Shown here piece after piece: positions 29,844 to 39,909 of a DNA stretch of 64,000 nucleotides (the first letter of the stretch is position 1; every line of letters starts with the position of its first letter). The stretch is from Pyrodictiaceae archaeon (lineage in GTDB: Archaea; Thermoproteota; Thermoprotei_A; Sulfolobales; Pyrodictiaceae): positions 1 to 64,000 of the forward strand of contig JALVSY010000030.1 in NCBI GenBank assembly GCA_027036135.1, read 5' to 3'. Both the position numbers and the translations under genes were made by a program. The notes below the pieces were generated by a model. It had not been told where the DNA came from. It did not search any database and saw only the letters and a program-made list of their open reading frames with translations.

Positions 29844-31679
29844 GTGGCCTTGTCAGGCGAGAAGCTGTTTAGTTGGAGTAAGCGTATTCTATGGGTAGAC
29901 CTTGGTCGTGGAGAGTTCCGTGAGTGGCACTATCCTGGCGAGATGGCTAGGATGTTTCTTGGTGGGCGTGGCTTCGCCGCCAAGATTCTCTGGGACTACT
30001 TGAAGCCGGGTACCGATCCGCTTAGCCCGGATAACTTGTTCATAGTAGCTGTTGGGCCCTTGACCGCCCTACCGGGGCCGAGCACAGGCAAGGTAATTGT
30101 TGCCGCTAAGAGCCCGCTCACGGGTGGCTACGGTGACGGCAACATTGGTTCGTGGGCATCAGTTCACCTGAGGGCTGCCGGCTGGGACGCCATCGTTATC
30201 CGGGGCGCGCTTGACAAGCCGGGCATACTCGTGGTTGAGGATGATAAGGCCCGTATCGATAGCGCTGAGGACCTCTGGGGCCTTGACACGTTCACGGCCT
30301 ATGACAAGTTGCTGGAGAAGTATGGGAAGAACATTGGTACCCTCATAATAGGCCCTGCTGGCGAGAAGCTAGTAAAGTTCGCCACTGTTGTGGCTCAGAA
30401 GGGTAGGAGTGGCGGACGCCCAGGAATGGGCGCTGTCATGGGCAGCAAGAAGCTCAAAGCAATAGTCGTCAAGGGCACGAAGAAACCAGAGCTATTCGAC
30501 CCCGACGAGTACGCTAAGTTCGCCCGGGAAGCGCTACGGGACGTTAAGAACTCGCCTAACTATAGCTTCTGGATGCGCCAAGGAACAATGGCTACTGTTG
30601 AGTGGGCTCAGGGAGCAAGCGTCCTACCAACAATGAACTTCAGGGAGGGAGTCTTCGACGACTATGAAAAGATAGGTGGCATGTATATGGAGAAGATAAG
30701 GGTTGCCCTAAGGAGCTGCCCATACTGTGCCATGAGCTGCGGCCACGTCATCAAGGACTCTGAGGGCCAAGAGGTTGAGCTGGACTACGAGAACGTGGCA
30801 ATGCTTGGAAGCAACCTCGGCATAGGGAGGCTAGAAGACGTCGCTATTCTGAACAGGCTAGCAGACTACTACGGCATGGACACCATTAGCCTCGGCAACG
30901 TCCTCGGCTACGCACTTGAGGCAGCAGAGAGAGGCAAACTAGAGATAGACGCAAGGTGGGGCGAGGTCGCGAAGATAATCAAGCTAGCAGAGGACATAGC
31001 CCATCGCAGAGGAGTGGGAGACCTCCTCGCCGAGGGCGTGAAACGGGTATCGGAGAAAGTAGGAGAGACATGGTACGCTATGCACGTCAAGGGCCTAGAG
31101 ATAAGCGCCTACGACTGCCACGCTGCACCAGGCATGGCGCTCGCATACGCCACTAGCCCGATAGGTGCCCACCACAAGGACTCCTGGGTAATTAGCTGGG
31201 AAGTACAGCACGGCCGCTTCGAGTACAACAGGGAGAAGGTAAGGAAGGTCATAGAGCTCCAGAGGATAAGGGGCGGGTTCTTCGAGTCAGCCGTGACCTG
31301 CAGATTCCCGTGGGTCGAGCTAGGTATAGACTTCAACCACTACCTAAGAATGCTGAAGGCAGCCACCGGGCTAACAATGACGATGTACGACGTGGTGACG
31401 CTAGCCGATAGAATCTATGCGCTCATAAGAATGATATGGGTACGAGAACTAGAAGGCTGGAGCATAGAGATGGACATACCGCCCGAGAGATGGTTCAAGG
31501 AGCCACTGACCAAGGGGCCATTAAAGGGAGCAAAGCTGGACAAGGACAAGTTCCTAGAAATGCTCAGAATGTACTACGAGGAGCGCGGCTGGGCAAGCAA
31601 CGGAGTACCCAAGCCAGAGACCCTCAAGCGCCTAGGACTAGAAGACACCGTACCACTAGCGGAGAAGTACGCAAAGTAA
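29844..31679 (+). CDS. aor: Tungsten aldehyde:ferredoxin oxidoreductase family enzyme
   Basis: KSPLTGG, GAVMGSKKLKA, CPYCAMSC, DYENVA, GMDTIS. Confidence 0.9.
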   Translation: MALSGEKLFSWSKRILWVDLGRGEFREWHYPGEMARMFLGGRGFAAKILWDYLKPGTDPLSPDNLFIVAVGPLTALPGPSTGKVIVAAKSPLTGGYGDGNIGSWASVHLRAAGWDAIVIRGALDKPGILVVEDDKARIDSAEDLWGLDTFTAYDKLLEKYGKNIGTLIIGPAGEKLVKFATVVAQKGRSGGRPGMGAVMGSKKLKAIVVKGTKKPELFDPDEYAKFAREALRDVKNSPNYSFWMRQGTMATVEWAQGASVLPTMNFREGVFDDYEKIGGMYMEKIRVALRSCPYCAMSCGHVIKDSEGQEVELDYENVAMLGSNLGIGRLEDVAILNRLADYYGMDTISLGNVLGYALEAAERGKLEIDARWGEVAKIIKLAEDIAHRRGVGDLLAEGVKRVSEKVGETWYAMHVKGLEISAYDCHAAPGMALAYATSPIGAHHKDSWVISWEVQHGRFEYNREKVRKVIELQRIRGGFFESAVTCRFPWVELGIDFNHYLRMLKAATGLTMTMYDVVTLADRIYALIRMIWVRELEGWSIEMDIPPERWFKEPLTKGPLKGAKLDKDKFLEMLRMYYEERGWASNGVPKPETLKRLGLEDTVPLAEKYAK

Positions 31680-31831
31680 ACTTCCGATTACCCGGATACG
31701 CCTCGTCTACATCATTTTTGCAAAGATACTATGTCTCCTAGTCTCTTTTGCTCTATTTCTCCTTGATTAGGGCTAGCTTGTTATTCCCCAGCGAGGCTAA
31801 ATTCTTATGAGAAGCGTGAAAGGGGTAGGCA

Positions 31832-32953
31832 ATGCCCAGGATAGTTGTCGCTGGATCAGGATTTGCCGGAGTAGAAGCTGTAGCTGGGCTTGCTAGTCGC
31901 GGTCTCTGCGACAAGTATGAATGCCTATGGATCTCGCCCGGGAAGGTTATGAGTTTCCAGCCTCTGATACCACTGGTGGCCTCTGGGAGGCTTAGGGCCG
32001 AGGACATAGTGTTTAGGCTGGAAGGGTTCGCGCGGAGCCTTGGAGCCGAGCTACTGGATGACAGGGTAACCAGGATTGATAAAGACAAAGTGGTTCTCGA
32101 AGAGAACGGTGACCTCGGCTATGACTTCTTAGTAGTAGCTACTGGTGCTAGGCCCGCGTTCTACGGCGTACCCGGCGCCGATACCTATACCGTGCCACTA
32201 TACACACCGAGTGAGGCCCAGAGCCTATACGAGAAGCTCGTGAGGAGCGAAGCTAGTAGTGTCGCGATAGTTGGTGCAGGCTTTGTCGGCGTAGAGCTTG
32301 GTGCTGAACTCCTCTGGCTAAACAAGGAAAAAGAACTCGGTGTAGACGTCGCGGTCATCGATATGCTTTCCGAGCCTCTCCAGTTACTCGGAAACCCTGC
32401 CGCCTCTAGGCTTGCCCGGAGAATCCTGGGCGAGATGGGTGCAATTCTTCTCATGAACCATCGCGTCGCGCGGGTTGAGCCGGGGAGACTCGTGTTCAGC
32501 AACGGGGACAGCGTAGAGGCGGACATAATTGTGTGGAGCGCTGGGCTCCAGGGACCCGGCATAGAGGCCCCAAGGGAAGCCATCGGGAAGGGAGGCTTCC
32601 TAGAGGTAGACGAGTATCTACGGGTAAAGGGTCTTGGCGGGAAAGTCTACGCAGTAGGTGACTCGGCAATCATGCGGAGAAATAACTGTGTGGCGCTGAA
32701 GATGGCGCGCGAGGCAATAAGCTCTGCGAGAACCGCGGTAGCGAACATCGCGGCCAGTATCAGTGGCGGCGAGCTGCGTCACTATAAACCGATGATAACC
32801 AACTGCTTCCCATTGGCCGGGATAAGCCTCGGCCCCGGAGACGGCATACTAGTCATAGGCAAGAGCATCGCGCTGAGGAGCAACCTAGCAGAGCTATATC
32901 ATAAAACAGTGCTAAAGTATTACGAGAAGCTGTTAGAGAGACAAGAGAAATAG
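31832..32953 (+). CDS. FAD-dependent oxidoreductase (NDH-2/SQR family)
   Basis: GSGFAG, VATGA, GAGFVGVE, YAVGD. Confidence 0.85.
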   Translation: MPRIVVAGSGFAGVEAVAGLASRGLCDKYECLWISPGKVMSFQPLIPLVASGRLRAEDIVFRLEGFARSLGAELLDDRVTRIDKDKVVLEENGDLGYDFLVVATGARPAFYGVPGADTYTVPLYTPSEAQSLYEKLVRSEASSVAIVGAGFVGVELGAELLWLNKEKELGVDVAVIDMLSEPLQLLGNPAASRLARRILGEMGAILLMNHRVARVEPGRLVFSNGDSVEADIIVWSAGLQGPGIEAPREAIGKGGFLEVDEYLRVKGLGGKVYAVGDSAIMRRNNCVALKMAREAISSARTAVANIAASISGGELRHYKPMITNCFPLAGISLGPGDGILVIGKSIALRSNLAELYHKTVLKYYEKLLERQEK

Positions 32954-32972
32954 AATAGGGGAGGGATAACCC

Positions 32973-33212
32973 TTGGATAACATAGATGATGATGCTGCTG
33001 CCGAGGCAATAAAGGTTCTTAAAGAGAAGCTTAGCAACGCAAATATAAACCCAGTGTTCATAACTATTACGAATGTGTACAGAAAAGGAAACGTATGGAT
33101 TATCGAGTTTACCTATATGTTTCGCACATATGTAGCAGAACTAGATGCAAGCGGAAAATTATTATCGCTAAGAAGCAAGACTATTCTCCAACCCACAGTA
33201 CTCGCCACGTAA
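32973..33212 (+). CDS. Small hypothetical protein
   Basis: 79-aa ORF with GGAGG upstream; alpha/beta pattern. Confidence 0.55.
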   Translation: MDNIDDDAAAEAIKVLKEKLSNANINPVFITITNVYRKGNVWIIEFTYMFRTYVAELDASGKLLSLRSKTILQPTVLAT

Positions 33213-33217
33213 ACTAG

Positions 33218-33667
33218 ATGGAAGGACACAAGAGATGATAGACTAGAGCAAAACGAGAGTATAAGAAGAAAATACGAGCAATACCATAGGCTCCTCCGAC
33301 ATGGAGAGCTAGAGAAAGCGGGAGAAGACCTATGGTCTATAACAGTCATTATGCTAGACACGATAAGCATGCTGGTGCAAGGAAGGCCCTTGAGAAGGCA
33401 TCGTGAGCTAAAAACATTTGTAAAGACCGGGGTCGCTCAACTCTACAATAGCCTAACTGGCGGTGACCCAGTCGTACTGGTTAAGCCTTTTGAAAACGCT
33501 GAAAGGCTTCACGCGAATTTTACCACGAGTTCCTAGACACGGAAGAACTGCTCAACTACATCGGGGCAGCCGAGCTCTTGGCCCAAATCCTTAATGAATT
33601 ACTGGAGATGATTATAAAGAAAATCCAAGACTCGGAGTATAAGGAGAGACTGTATTATCCTGTGTAG
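33218..33667 (+). pseudogene. PaREP1-family (HEPN-like) protein, frameshifted
   Basis: GELEKAGEDLW...AERLHANF|YHEFLD. Extra T in the T4 run near 33519; start codon also out of frame. Confidence 0.7.
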
Positions 33668-34620
33668 CGATAGACTGTTATGCCTTCACGGGTTACGTGG
33701 ATTGCTCCTGCGCCTAGGCCGTGGTATAGGCTTGTGAAGACCGTTATGACGCTATGTCTTAGCTCTTCTAGGCTCCTCTTCTCTCCATGTCTTAGCCCTG
33801 GCTCGTAGCTGCCATTGGGTCTCCAGAGGGCTACGGCGTCCACGGTCTCGTGGGCCCTTATGATTAGCTCTAGGCTATTCGCCTCGAGGAATCTTCGCCA
33901 AGCTTCTCTTCCATAGAAGTATATCCCGGGGCCTCTTATGCTGGGCGCGAACCACTCTAGGTCTCCGCGTGGATCATTCCATAGAAGCTGCATAGGTACC
34001 CCAGCAGGGTCTATTGCGTCCCGTGTACAGTGTATCTCTTTGACTTGCTTAGCTATCTCCTCTAGGCTTAGGGGCTCCTCGGGCTCGTTAGTGCATTCCC
34101 TGCACGGGACTCCCCCATGGACTAGCCATACCTGGTTATTGAGAACCATGTAGAATGGTAGGCATGTGTACAGCTCCTCTATGTAGTCCTGGGCCTCTGG
34201 GCCGAGCTTGTTAACTAGTTCCTCTCGGAAGCCATAGTAGTAATTCATCACAGGGGACTCGTGGTTACCCCTAAGCAGCACCACGTGCTCGGGCTCAGAG
34301 ACTAGGCGTTCTAGGAGAAGCTCAAGGTTCTCAACGCCGCGGGGTCCACGGTCAACATAGTCTCCGAGGAATACCACTAGGTCTACACCTAGCTCGTCGG
34401 CTAGGCTGAGAACCCACCTACTAGTCTCGGGGAAGCCGTGTGTATCCCCCGCGACTAGTACCGAGTCAGCGCCTCTCTCTAAGTAGGCGCCGTGCTGCGT
34501 GCGCAGTATGCTGAGCGCCTGCTCTACAAGCTCCTGTAGCCCACGGACCATAGCGATGCGCCTCCCCGTAGTACGAGTGATTAGTGGCAATAACAAGTGC
34601 TTATCCACATGCCCGAGCAA
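33655..34620 (-). CDS. Ser/Thr phosphoprotein phosphatase (PPP family)
   Basis: GDTHG, GDYVDRG, RGNHE, HGG, LLWNDP, IRAHE. Probable start MVRG at 34551. Confidence 0.92.
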   Translation of the reverse strand: MLGHVDKHLLLPLITRTTGRRIAMVRGLQELVEQALSILRTQHGAYLERGADSVLVAGDTHGFPETSRWVLSLADELGVDLVVFLGDYVDRGPRGVENLELLLERLVSEPEHVVLLRGNHESPVMNYYYGFREELVNKLGPEAQDYIEELYTCLPFYMVLNNQVWLVHGGVPCRECTNEPEEPLSLEEIAKQVKEIHCTRDAIDPAGVPMQLLWNDPRGDLEWFAPSIRGPGIYFYGREAWRRFLEANSLELIIRAHETVDAVALWRPNGSYEPGLRHGEKRSLEELRHSVITVFTSLYHGLGAGAIHVTREGITVYRYTG

Positions 34621-34741
34621 GGGGACTACGCAACTCCACCCCTGAGCTGCATTGCCACCTTTGTATAGGAGTGAGTAGAATTAGGGGGTATTCCTAGCAT
34701 AGATATGTAGCCGGGGCGCGTAGCTCTAGAGGGGATTAGCT

Positions 34742-35779
34742 GTGAAGCCGAGGAGCCTTGTCAGGACGCCGGTAGGCGTTATTGCTGACTGGGATGCTGA
34801 TGGCGTAACGTCTGCTGCAATGATATATTATGCTCAGCACTATAAGCGTGTCTACCCGCTTCGTGGCCGCTACGACGTGGCCTTGGAGCCTGCTGGCCCC
34901 AGGGGGTTCCCTGACGCGCTTGACCACATTGTTGGCGGTGGTGGGTGCCCGGACGCGCTCGTGGTACTCGATATACCACTGACTAGTAGCGTCTACGATG
35001 TTCTTAGCAGCTTTCTCCGCGAGTGCAAGGAGACACGCCTAGTCTATATCGATCACCACTTCTCAACCATATATATGTCCAAGAAGCTTTACGAGCTAAG
35101 CGAGGAGGTCTACCTAGGCCATAAGCCAACCGCTATGCTCACCTTTAACTTGTTACGAAGCCTAGGAGTACGCCACATGACACCGAGGCTAGAGGCCTTC
35201 ATGAAGGCTGTCGGTGTCTTGGAGAGAGGGGCGAGGCCTCTAACAGAGGCCGAGAGGAGAGTAGTCAAACTCGCCGCGAGCATCTCAAAGGCATGCACTG
35301 TTCTCCGGGACAAAGAGATGTGGCAGAAACTAGTAAAGTGGCTGGCAAGTCCCTTACCACAAGATATGCCGTTTGACCGCAAACTCGTGGAAAAGGTCGT
35401 AAGGATAGCGGAGGAGAGCGATAGAGAGATAATGGAGAAGGCCAAGGAGCTAGCAATAACAGCTCGGAGAATAGGATACATACGATTCATAGATGCCCGT
35501 GGGAAATGGACTAGTAGGGGCTCAAGCGCGCTAGCCTCCAAGCTCTACAAGGTACTAAAGCAGCCAGTAGCACTACTAATAGAGAGGGACGACGGGGTAA
35601 AACTCCTAATTATAAGGAGTAGGGGAAGGGGGGCCTACCGGGTAGCAACCGGGCTAGTAAAGGAGGGAATAGCCCTGGATATAGGTGGTCATAGCGGCCT
35701 TGCGATAGTCAGGCTCCGGGATGACCTAGACCTCTCCGAGCTAGAGAACGCGCTAAGAAGGCTTAGCCTCCACCTATAG
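34742..35779 (+). CDS. DHH family phosphoesterase-like protein
   Basis: DWDADG, VLD, IDHH, GGH. Confidence 0.85.
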   Translation: MKPRSLVRTPVGVIADWDADGVTSAAMIYYAQHYKRVYPLRGRYDVALEPAGPRGFPDALDHIVGGGGCPDALVVLDIPLTSSVYDVLSSFLRECKETRLVYIDHHFSTIYMSKKLYELSEEVYLGHKPTAMLTFNLLRSLGVRHMTPRLEAFMKAVGVLERGARPLTEAERRVVKLAASISKACTVLRDKEMWQKLVKWLASPLPQDMPFDRKLVEKVVRIAEESDREIMEKAKELAITARRIGYIRFIDARGKWTSRGSSALASKLYKVLKQPVALLIERDDGVKLLIIRSRGRGAYRVATGLVKEGIALDIGGHSGLAIVRLRDDLDLSELENALRRLSLHL

Positions 35780-35810
35780 CTAGGGTTAGGGAAGGACATT
35801 ATTTCTGGCC

Positions 35811-35886
35811 GTGTGGAGTATTGATGCACCTCCGCTGAGCAATGGATATGATGAGCGGGCACCTAGCCGAAGCTCCTGCTCCACAT
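35811..35886 (+). ncRNA. Probable box C/D sRNA
   Basis: CTGA (35835), ATGATGA (35848), CCGA (35867), terminal stem TGTGGAG/CTCCACA. Guide ATGCACCTCC is complementary to the archaeal 16S motif GGAGGUGCAU. Confidence 0.6.
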
Positions 35887-36076
35887 CTTTGTCTTTCAAT
35901 ACCTTACATTACCTCTATACCACTATGTAGCCTTAAGGAGAGTTAATAAATGAGGAAAGCACTATAATACTCAACCCCTAGACTATTAGGGCCTGGCACC
36001 TCTTCCCGGAACCCTTGAATCTACTCTATTACTCCTCGCCGTCTAGAATATCTATGATAAGATAGAGGAGTAGCCT

Positions 36077-36787
36077 ATGAGCCTCGAGGAGCCCATGAGC
36101 CGGGACATGCTACGATTATTTAAAGCCGTTGTGACAGGGCTACGTGACATAGCAAAACTGTGCGCCAGCAATCATGGGCTCCATTGTATCGATGCACCAG
36201 CATTTACCACAACGTTTCTCCGGAGCCGGGGCTTCAACGAATACATTATTCGTAGGATATGGCGAGCTGCACATGATCGTAGCGTTACTAAGGGTCAAGT
36301 AATATATAGATATGGGGGAATAGTGTTTCGTCTTAAGCCTCGGCTAGAGCATGGAACGGCGTACCACGATGCTAAAACGATGACGCCTCTCGATAGATTC
36401 GATTGCAGTATACTTGGTGACGAATGCTACGAGGTTCCGCACTGCAACTCCTTCTACATATACGTTGAGGGGGAACTAGGACACGCGTCCGTGCGTATGA
36501 ATGTGTCTTATCTCGTTGGGCTCTTGGCGAGGACGCGTTCAGGGTTTCTTAGCAAGTTCTTGGAGTTCGCTAACCGTGTTATAGAGAGGCCGCGCGACGA
36601 GTTCGAGGCAATAGCTATTCTAATGGATGATATACTATCCGTCCTAAAGGAGGAAAATAGGCTACTAGGCTTTATCCTGCCATTTGTTCCACATAGCCTC
36701 GATGAATTGCTTCGCGTGTCTCCTCTCGCTAAGAAATTGTACATCGAGCTTGTACAAAGGGGGATAAAAGCGCTCCAAGAGAGCTAG
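36077..36787 (+). CDS. Hypothetical protein
   Basis: 236-aa ORF, GAGGAG upstream; no family recognised. Confidence 0.65.
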   Translation: MSLEEPMSRDMLRLFKAVVTGLRDIAKLCASNHGLHCIDAPAFTTTFLRSRGFNEYIIRRIWRAAHDRSVTKGQVIYRYGGIVFRLKPRLEHGTAYHDAKTMTPLDRFDCSILGDECYEVPHCNSFYIYVEGELGHASVRMNVSYLVGLLARTRSGFLSKFLEFANRVIERPRDEFEAIAILMDDILSVLKEENRLLGFILPFVPHSLDELLRVSPLAKKLYIELVQRGIKALQES

Positions 36788-36906
36788 CCCAGAGAATATT
36801 TGGGAGCGTAATGATAATCTTCCTGTCACATGCCTAGCGTATATAGAGTGTTCTCCGAGTTAGCCTAATCCCGGTAAACACTCCTATACTGTTAAATGGG
36901 TATGCG

Positions 36907-38349
36907 GTGACCATGCGTGTCCTGCTTAGCCTCCCGCCCGGTATCCACCGGCTAGAGATATACAAGATAACTGGGATGAAGGCGCCTCCGCTCGGCCTAG
37001 CTTATATAGCTGCTGTGCTGGAGCGCAACGGGCACAAAGTAAGGATCATCGATACGCCGACGCTCGAGATGGGGAGAGATACATGGCTCAGTGAGGTTAA
37101 GTCCTGGAAGCCTGATCTAGTCGGGTTATCACTACTGACACCGACTGCGCCAAAGGGATACGAGGCCATCAAACTACTAAAGGAAGAGCTGCTCGACGTA
37201 CCAGTTATTGTTGGCGGTATCCACTCAACATTTATGTTTAACGAGGCCCTCGACCATGGTGCTGATATAGTGGTTAGGGGTGAGGGAGAATACACTACAG
37301 CAGAGCTAGCAGACATCATTGAGCGTTATGGGCTCGATGAGGAGAAGCTCAGAGAAGTAAGGGGGATAGCGTTCCGCTCAAAGAAGAACGGGAGAACAAT
37401 ACTTACCCCTGAGAGGCCGCCGCCCGACCTCGATGAGCTGCCGTGGCCTGCTCGCCACCTCTTACCGATGGAGAAGTACACGTTGTTCAATAAACCGATA
37501 AGGATTATACATATCATGGCTAGTCGTGGCTGCCCCTATGGCTGCATGTACTGCTCAACTAGCTACTTCTTCGGGAGGCGAATAAGGATTCGGAAAGCGC
37601 TCAACGTGGCCGATGAGATAGAGGAGGCTGTCTACAAGTATCGTGCAAAGCACGTCGTATTCGCGGACGACGATATAGGCGTTGGTAGGAGGTTCATGCA
37701 AGAGCTAATAACTGAGCTCAAGAAACGTGGCCTGGACCTAACGTTTGCCTGTGGCTCCCGAGTAGACCACATGACCAAGGAGTATATGAAGTTCCTCTAC
37801 GAGAATGGTTGCAGCGCTCTCTACTTTGGCGTTGAGTCGGCTAACCAGGAGACGCTTAACAAGATAGGCAAAAAGATAACCGTTGAGCAAGTTGAGAGAG
37901 TATTCCGCTGGAAGAAAGAGATAGGAGGATTCGCTACCGCCTCATTCATACTAGGGTTCCCATGGGAGACCATAGATGATATGAAGAAGACAGTGGAGTT
38001 CGCGATAAAGATTGACCCAGACTATGCACAGTTCACCGCACTGACCCCGTATCCCGGTACGCCTCTCTACCAATACGCGAAGAAATACGGGCTCATAGAG
38101 GATACTAACTGGGAGCACTACACTACAGTCCGGGCTGTTATGCGTGGATTCCACTTTACTAGGAAGCAGCTTCAGAGCATGATCAAGTACGCTTATCGTC
38201 GCTTCTACTTGAGGTCTGGATTTATTTGGCGCGAGCTACGAGCCGGGAGGCTCAAGGACCTAATAGGTGTTCTTTCCCGCGAGGCCCTCTCCATGATTAA
38301 GGAGTTTATTGTACACCCCTTACAGTGGAAAGGAGGTGGAAGGAAATGA
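36907..38349 (+). CDS. B12-binding radical SAM enzyme (Gmm/Grs-like lipid modifier candidate)
   Basis: PPLGLAYIAA B12 domain, SRGCPYGCMYC, GVES, TPYPGT. Confidence 0.85.
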   Translation: MTMRVLLSLPPGIHRLEIYKITGMKAPPLGLAYIAAVLERNGHKVRIIDTPTLEMGRDTWLSEVKSWKPDLVGLSLLTPTAPKGYEAIKLLKEELLDVPVIVGGIHSTFMFNEALDHGADIVVRGEGEYTTAELADIIERYGLDEEKLREVRGIAFRSKKNGRTILTPERPPPDLDELPWPARHLLPMEKYTLFNKPIRIIHIMASRGCPYGCMYCSTSYFFGRRIRIRKALNVADEIEEAVYKYRAKHVVFADDDIGVGRRFMQELITELKKRGLDLTFACGSRVDHMTKEYMKFLYENGCSALYFGVESANQETLNKIGKKITVEQVERVFRWKKEIGGFATASFILGFPWETIDDMKKTVEFAIKIDPDYAQFTALTPYPGTPLYQYAKKYGLIEDTNWEHYTTVRAVMRGFHFTRKQLQSMIKYAYRRFYLRSGFIWRELRAGRLKDLIGVLSREALSMIKEFIVHPLQWKGGGRK

Positions 38350-39887
38350 GTAGTCTAGGAGAAGTAGCCTCAGACGAGATAGAGAAGCTACACAAGGAGG
38401 CTAAGCGAGGAGGCATCGGCGCCTACCTCGCCGCCATTAGGATAATGTTCAACAACCCGGTAACTAGGTCCATGCTTAGACTAGCCATCAAGAGGATTAG
38501 GTGTGTCCACCCAGACCGTGGAGAAGTGGACGCTACACTGCTCTATCACGCTCTTACCCAGTTCGCGGGCCAAGAACTATACTCGTGCCCGATAACTGCG
38601 CGCTTCCTCTCCGCAGTGATAAACAAAATAGTTGAGATAGGTATCAGAGCGCTCCACGGAGACCTTGACGAGGCTCGCAAGGCTCTCTCAGACCCAGCTC
38701 TACGCCGCGGCGTCTCCCTAGTCTTCGAGGGCCTAGCACGCTACGGCGTGACTGTTCCACAGAAGATGCCAGCACCCTTCCTCATAGTGTGGAACTTCAC
38801 TAATATGTGTAATCTGCGCTGCAAACACTGTTACCAGAGAGCTGACCACCCATTACCAGACGAGCTGACCCTTGAGGAGAAGCTGAAGCTTGTAGACGAG
38901 CTCGATAAAGCCGGGGTAGCTGCTGTCGCGCTTAGCGGCGGGGAACCAACTATTCATCCCCACTTCTACCACATAGTGCACGAGATGGCTAAGAGAGGGA
39001 TATATGCGGCTGTGGCTACTAATGGATGGATGTTCGCCGACATAGAGAAGCTCGAGAAAGCCGTCAAGCTAGGCCTACGATATGTCGAGGTCTCGGTTGA
39101 TAGCGCTAACCCGAAGAAGCATGACTGGTTCCGCGGCGTGCCAGGCGCGTGGCAGCGAGCAGTAAAGGCTCTCGAGAACGCTGTTAAGCTTGGCGTTAGC
39201 CATGCTATGGCCGTGACTGTTACAAAGGCTAACATAGATGAGGTAGATGATATACTTGACCTCGCGGAGAGCATCGGTGTTGAGAGGGTTGTGTTCTTCA
39301 ACTTCGTCCCAGTTGGGCGCGGCAAGGAGAACATGTGGCTAGACCTAGACCCCTTAGAGAGGGAAGAGTTCCTACGCCACATCTACAAGGAGATGAACAA
39401 GAGGAAGATACAGATAGTCAGTACCGCGCCCCAGTACGGCAGGGTATCTTTACAACTAAGCGGCGGCGAAGACATAGCGCCAACACACTTCTACGTAGGC
39501 GATGACCCCATAGTAAAGGCTGTAGCAGAGTTCGTAGGCGGCTGTGGAGCCGGAAGAATATATGCAGCAATACAGCCGAACGGTGATGTTACTCCATGCG
39601 TCTTCCTACCAATCAAGGTAGGGAACGTCAGGGAGAAAAGCTTTAGAGAGATATGGGAGACCGCCCCTCTCTTCAAGAAGCTACGAGACCGCGAACAACT
39701 AAAGGGCTTCTGCGGCAAGTGCCCATTCAAGTACATATGCGGAGGATGCCGCGCACGGGCCTATGCCTACTTCGGAGACCCCTTGGCACCGGATCCTGGC
39801 TGCATCTATAACCTAAAGGAGTGGAAGAAGCTACAGGAAGAACTTGGAGTAAAAATCAAGGTAGCTGCTCCAGCAAAGGCGGCATAG
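38346..39887 (+). CDS. Radical SAM/SPASM enzyme (Gms-like candidate)
   Basis: CNLRCKHC, GGEP, CGAG...PC, CGKC...CGGCRARA...DPGC. ATGA-coupled to the upstream gene. Confidence 0.85.
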   Translation: MSSLGEVASDEIEKLHKEAKRGGIGAYLAAIRIMFNNPVTRSMLRLAIKRIRCVHPDRGEVDATLLYHALTQFAGQELYSCPITARFLSAVINKIVEIGIRALHGDLDEARKALSDPALRRGVSLVFEGLARYGVTVPQKMPAPFLIVWNFTNMCNLRCKHCYQRADHPLPDELTLEEKLKLVDELDKAGVAAVALSGGEPTIHPHFYHIVHEMAKRGIYAAVATNGWMFADIEKLEKAVKLGLRYVEVSVDSANPKKHDWFRGVPGAWQRAVKALENAVKLGVSHAMAVTVTKANIDEVDDILDLAESIGVERVVFFNFVPVGRGKENMWLDLDPLEREEFLRHIYKEMNKRKIQIVSTAPQYGRVSLQLSGGEDIAPTHFYVGDDPIVKAVAEFVGGCGAGRIYAAIQPNGDVTPCVFLPIKVGNVREKSFREIWETAPLFKKLRDREQLKGFCGKCPFKYICGGCRARAYAYFGDPLAPDPGCIYNLKEWKKLQEELGVKIKVAAPAKAA

Positions 39888-39909
39888 ACTAAAACAATTC
39901 CTCCTCCCT

